Of a stretch of 64,000 nucleotides of DNA, positions 62,101-64,000 are shown in pieces. The DNA comes from Tubiluchus corallicola. Taxonomy: Eukaryota; Animalia; Priapulida. The notes below the pieces were generated by a model. The model worked only from the letters and a program-made list of their open reading frames with translations. It was not told the origin of the DNA and made no database searches. Made by a program: the position numbers and the translations under genes. Location of the stretch: assembly GCA_030141605.1 (NCBI GenBank), contig JAQGDQ010000128.1, positions 434,001 to 498,000 on the forward strand, given 5' to 3'. Position 1 is the stretch's first letter. Every line of letters starts with the position of its first letter.

Positions 62101-64000
62101 ACTTGGAGTGAAAATTCAATTCGTGTCCGCTTTATTTAAGCCGTCATTTCCATCATGTGGTTAACTGGTTACTGGTCCGCTGGTTAGTGGTTACCCTTTT
62201 CATTACATTTCTGTGTTGCATTATTCTAACTTTTATCGTCGTTACCTTGGTTTTGGGCATTCAAAAACAATAAAAAAAAGGACTGCACCATAATACAAAG
62301 TGTAATACAACGTTTTGCTAGGGGCATAGTAGAAAACATTAAGCTACAATTAAAGGACTGCAGCATAATTCAAAGATTATAAAGGAGAATTGCCAGTGAT
62401 ACAAAAATAAAAACACAAAACAATTTCTTATAACGAAATGTTCACTGATAAATGATTAGAGAAACTATCTTCCTCTCACTTAAGTTCATGGAAGCCGTGA
62501 TCGTGCATCAGAGTGACTCACAAAACTTGCAATCTTGAAGGGTACGTTAGAGATTAAAATAACTTGTGGTCAAAGCCACTATTTATCGACAGATGTCTCT
62601 CAAGAGTGCCTGTTGAATATTGATCAATGGTATGTTCTTGAGTCATCGTAACCTCCACTTAGTCATTTACAACTCCAATGGTTTTGGCCGTGTAGCAGAC
62701 AAATTGGACATCTGGGTGATTTCCAGGCCATTTTGGTCTGCTCAATTCATACTCCTCAAGACTGCAAGCTGTGTGAGACGCACGAGTTTATGCATCTACA
62801 TTAAATTCTGAGGGCATGATAGCTAATTTTAAAACATTGATTTGGTATCATTTTGATGTAATATTTCTTTTGTACTGTTGCTTGTCATTTTTGGAACCTC
62901 TCCGGGGCTAGCAGAAAGCTACATTACAATGATGACACTTATAATTACGATGCAGTTTGTGTGACGAAGTCTGGAATAGAGTTATCATTAAATTAGCCAT
63001 CTATATCCTTGTGCGATTATGCATATGGTGCCAATTTCCCCAAGCAAGTTCCTATACGTAGCTGGGCCCAAATTGGCTGCTGTCAGGATGTCTTTAGTTT
63101 GAAGCTGTGGCTTGTATTTGTTTATTCATATGAAGAAAAAACAAGCACCAAAAATCCTAAGCTCACCCAGATAGACAGCGACCACTGAAAAAGCAATCCT
63201 CAGTATAGTCTTATGATGACTTGTCTGCCAGCTAGCTAGTTAATTCTTTGATGAGATGAGTACAAATATTTTTGATGAGCAACCTAAGAGAAACGACTCT
63301 TATTTTTTGTGCTTTTCTTACTGCGTTCTCTTATGTAAACTAACATGAGCATGCTTTATAACATAACCTATGCAAAAGTGAACTTCACTGTAGCAACTGA
63401 AATGTACTGCCACACATTACTTTGAGAACAAAAACAGAAGAAAAGTGAATAAAAGGAATCCCCTATGCAGCTAAAAGATTTGAAATCTCAATACAGATGT
63501 TGTGCAACTGTTTTACAGTTCACATTTTGTATGCTAGGGAGGATACAAATTGATGAATCTCATTTTAAGGCCAGTACGACTGACAGACATGGCATTAGAG
63601 TGTGGGAGCTGGAGTGACCAACCAAGAGTACAATCATAAGAGGTGTCTGCCATTGTGAAAGGCAACAGCAGTAGGAACAAATCAGCAGTTAGCAGCAGAA
63701 ATGTTTTAATAATTTCTGTTGAAACGCATTTGATTGCATTGGTCATTTTTCAAATGGCATAATTATTTTGGTCTCCAATTTCCGAATTTGTCACTGAATC
63801 CCTTAAAAGATGATAGCACTTCAAATTTCTATGGTTGATTAATGGCAAATTTAAGAGCCTTTCAAGTAAAAAGCAGAAACTTCGGCTGTTGTACAAGAAT
63901 GTAATAACAAGCAGTGTATGTCATTAATATCTGAGAGCTGCCACCAAATTAACAAACGAAGTACAAACAGCCATAATTGAATATGATCCTAAACTTACGA

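Noticed and set aside
62520-63750. Coding-like stretches with stops, including IQIDESHF near 63543 reminiscent of a Merlin-type transposase
   Set aside because: A single short motif with interrupted frames and no termini found.

Overview
AT-rich, intron-containing animal DNA, probably from an invertebrate. Five recognisable genes are present: ZDHHC16 (+, intronless CDS), an undivided BUB1/BUBR1 'MadBub' kinase (+, 28 coding exons plus one tandemly duplicated exon), an atypical E2F7/8 (+, about 13 coding exons), cytoplasmic WARS1 (-, 8 coding exons) and WBP11 (-, intronless CDS). Mobile DNA includes a young 5'-truncated CR1-group LINE with an 8-bp TSD, a decayed second LINE fragment and several MITEs. 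The most notable inference is that the whole WBP11 CDS and its poly(A) signal sit between a strong 5' splice site, 45 nt upstream of its own ATG, and the acceptor of the first WARS1 coding exon. This suggests one transcription unit in which splicing yields WARS1 and intronic polyadenylation yields the splicing factor WBP11. The second highlight is a recent 1,078-bp tandem duplication in BUB1 that copies a frame-symmetric exon carrying an ABBA (Cdc20-binding) motif. Exon models were read by eye from GT-AG sites and frame continuity and have no transcript support.
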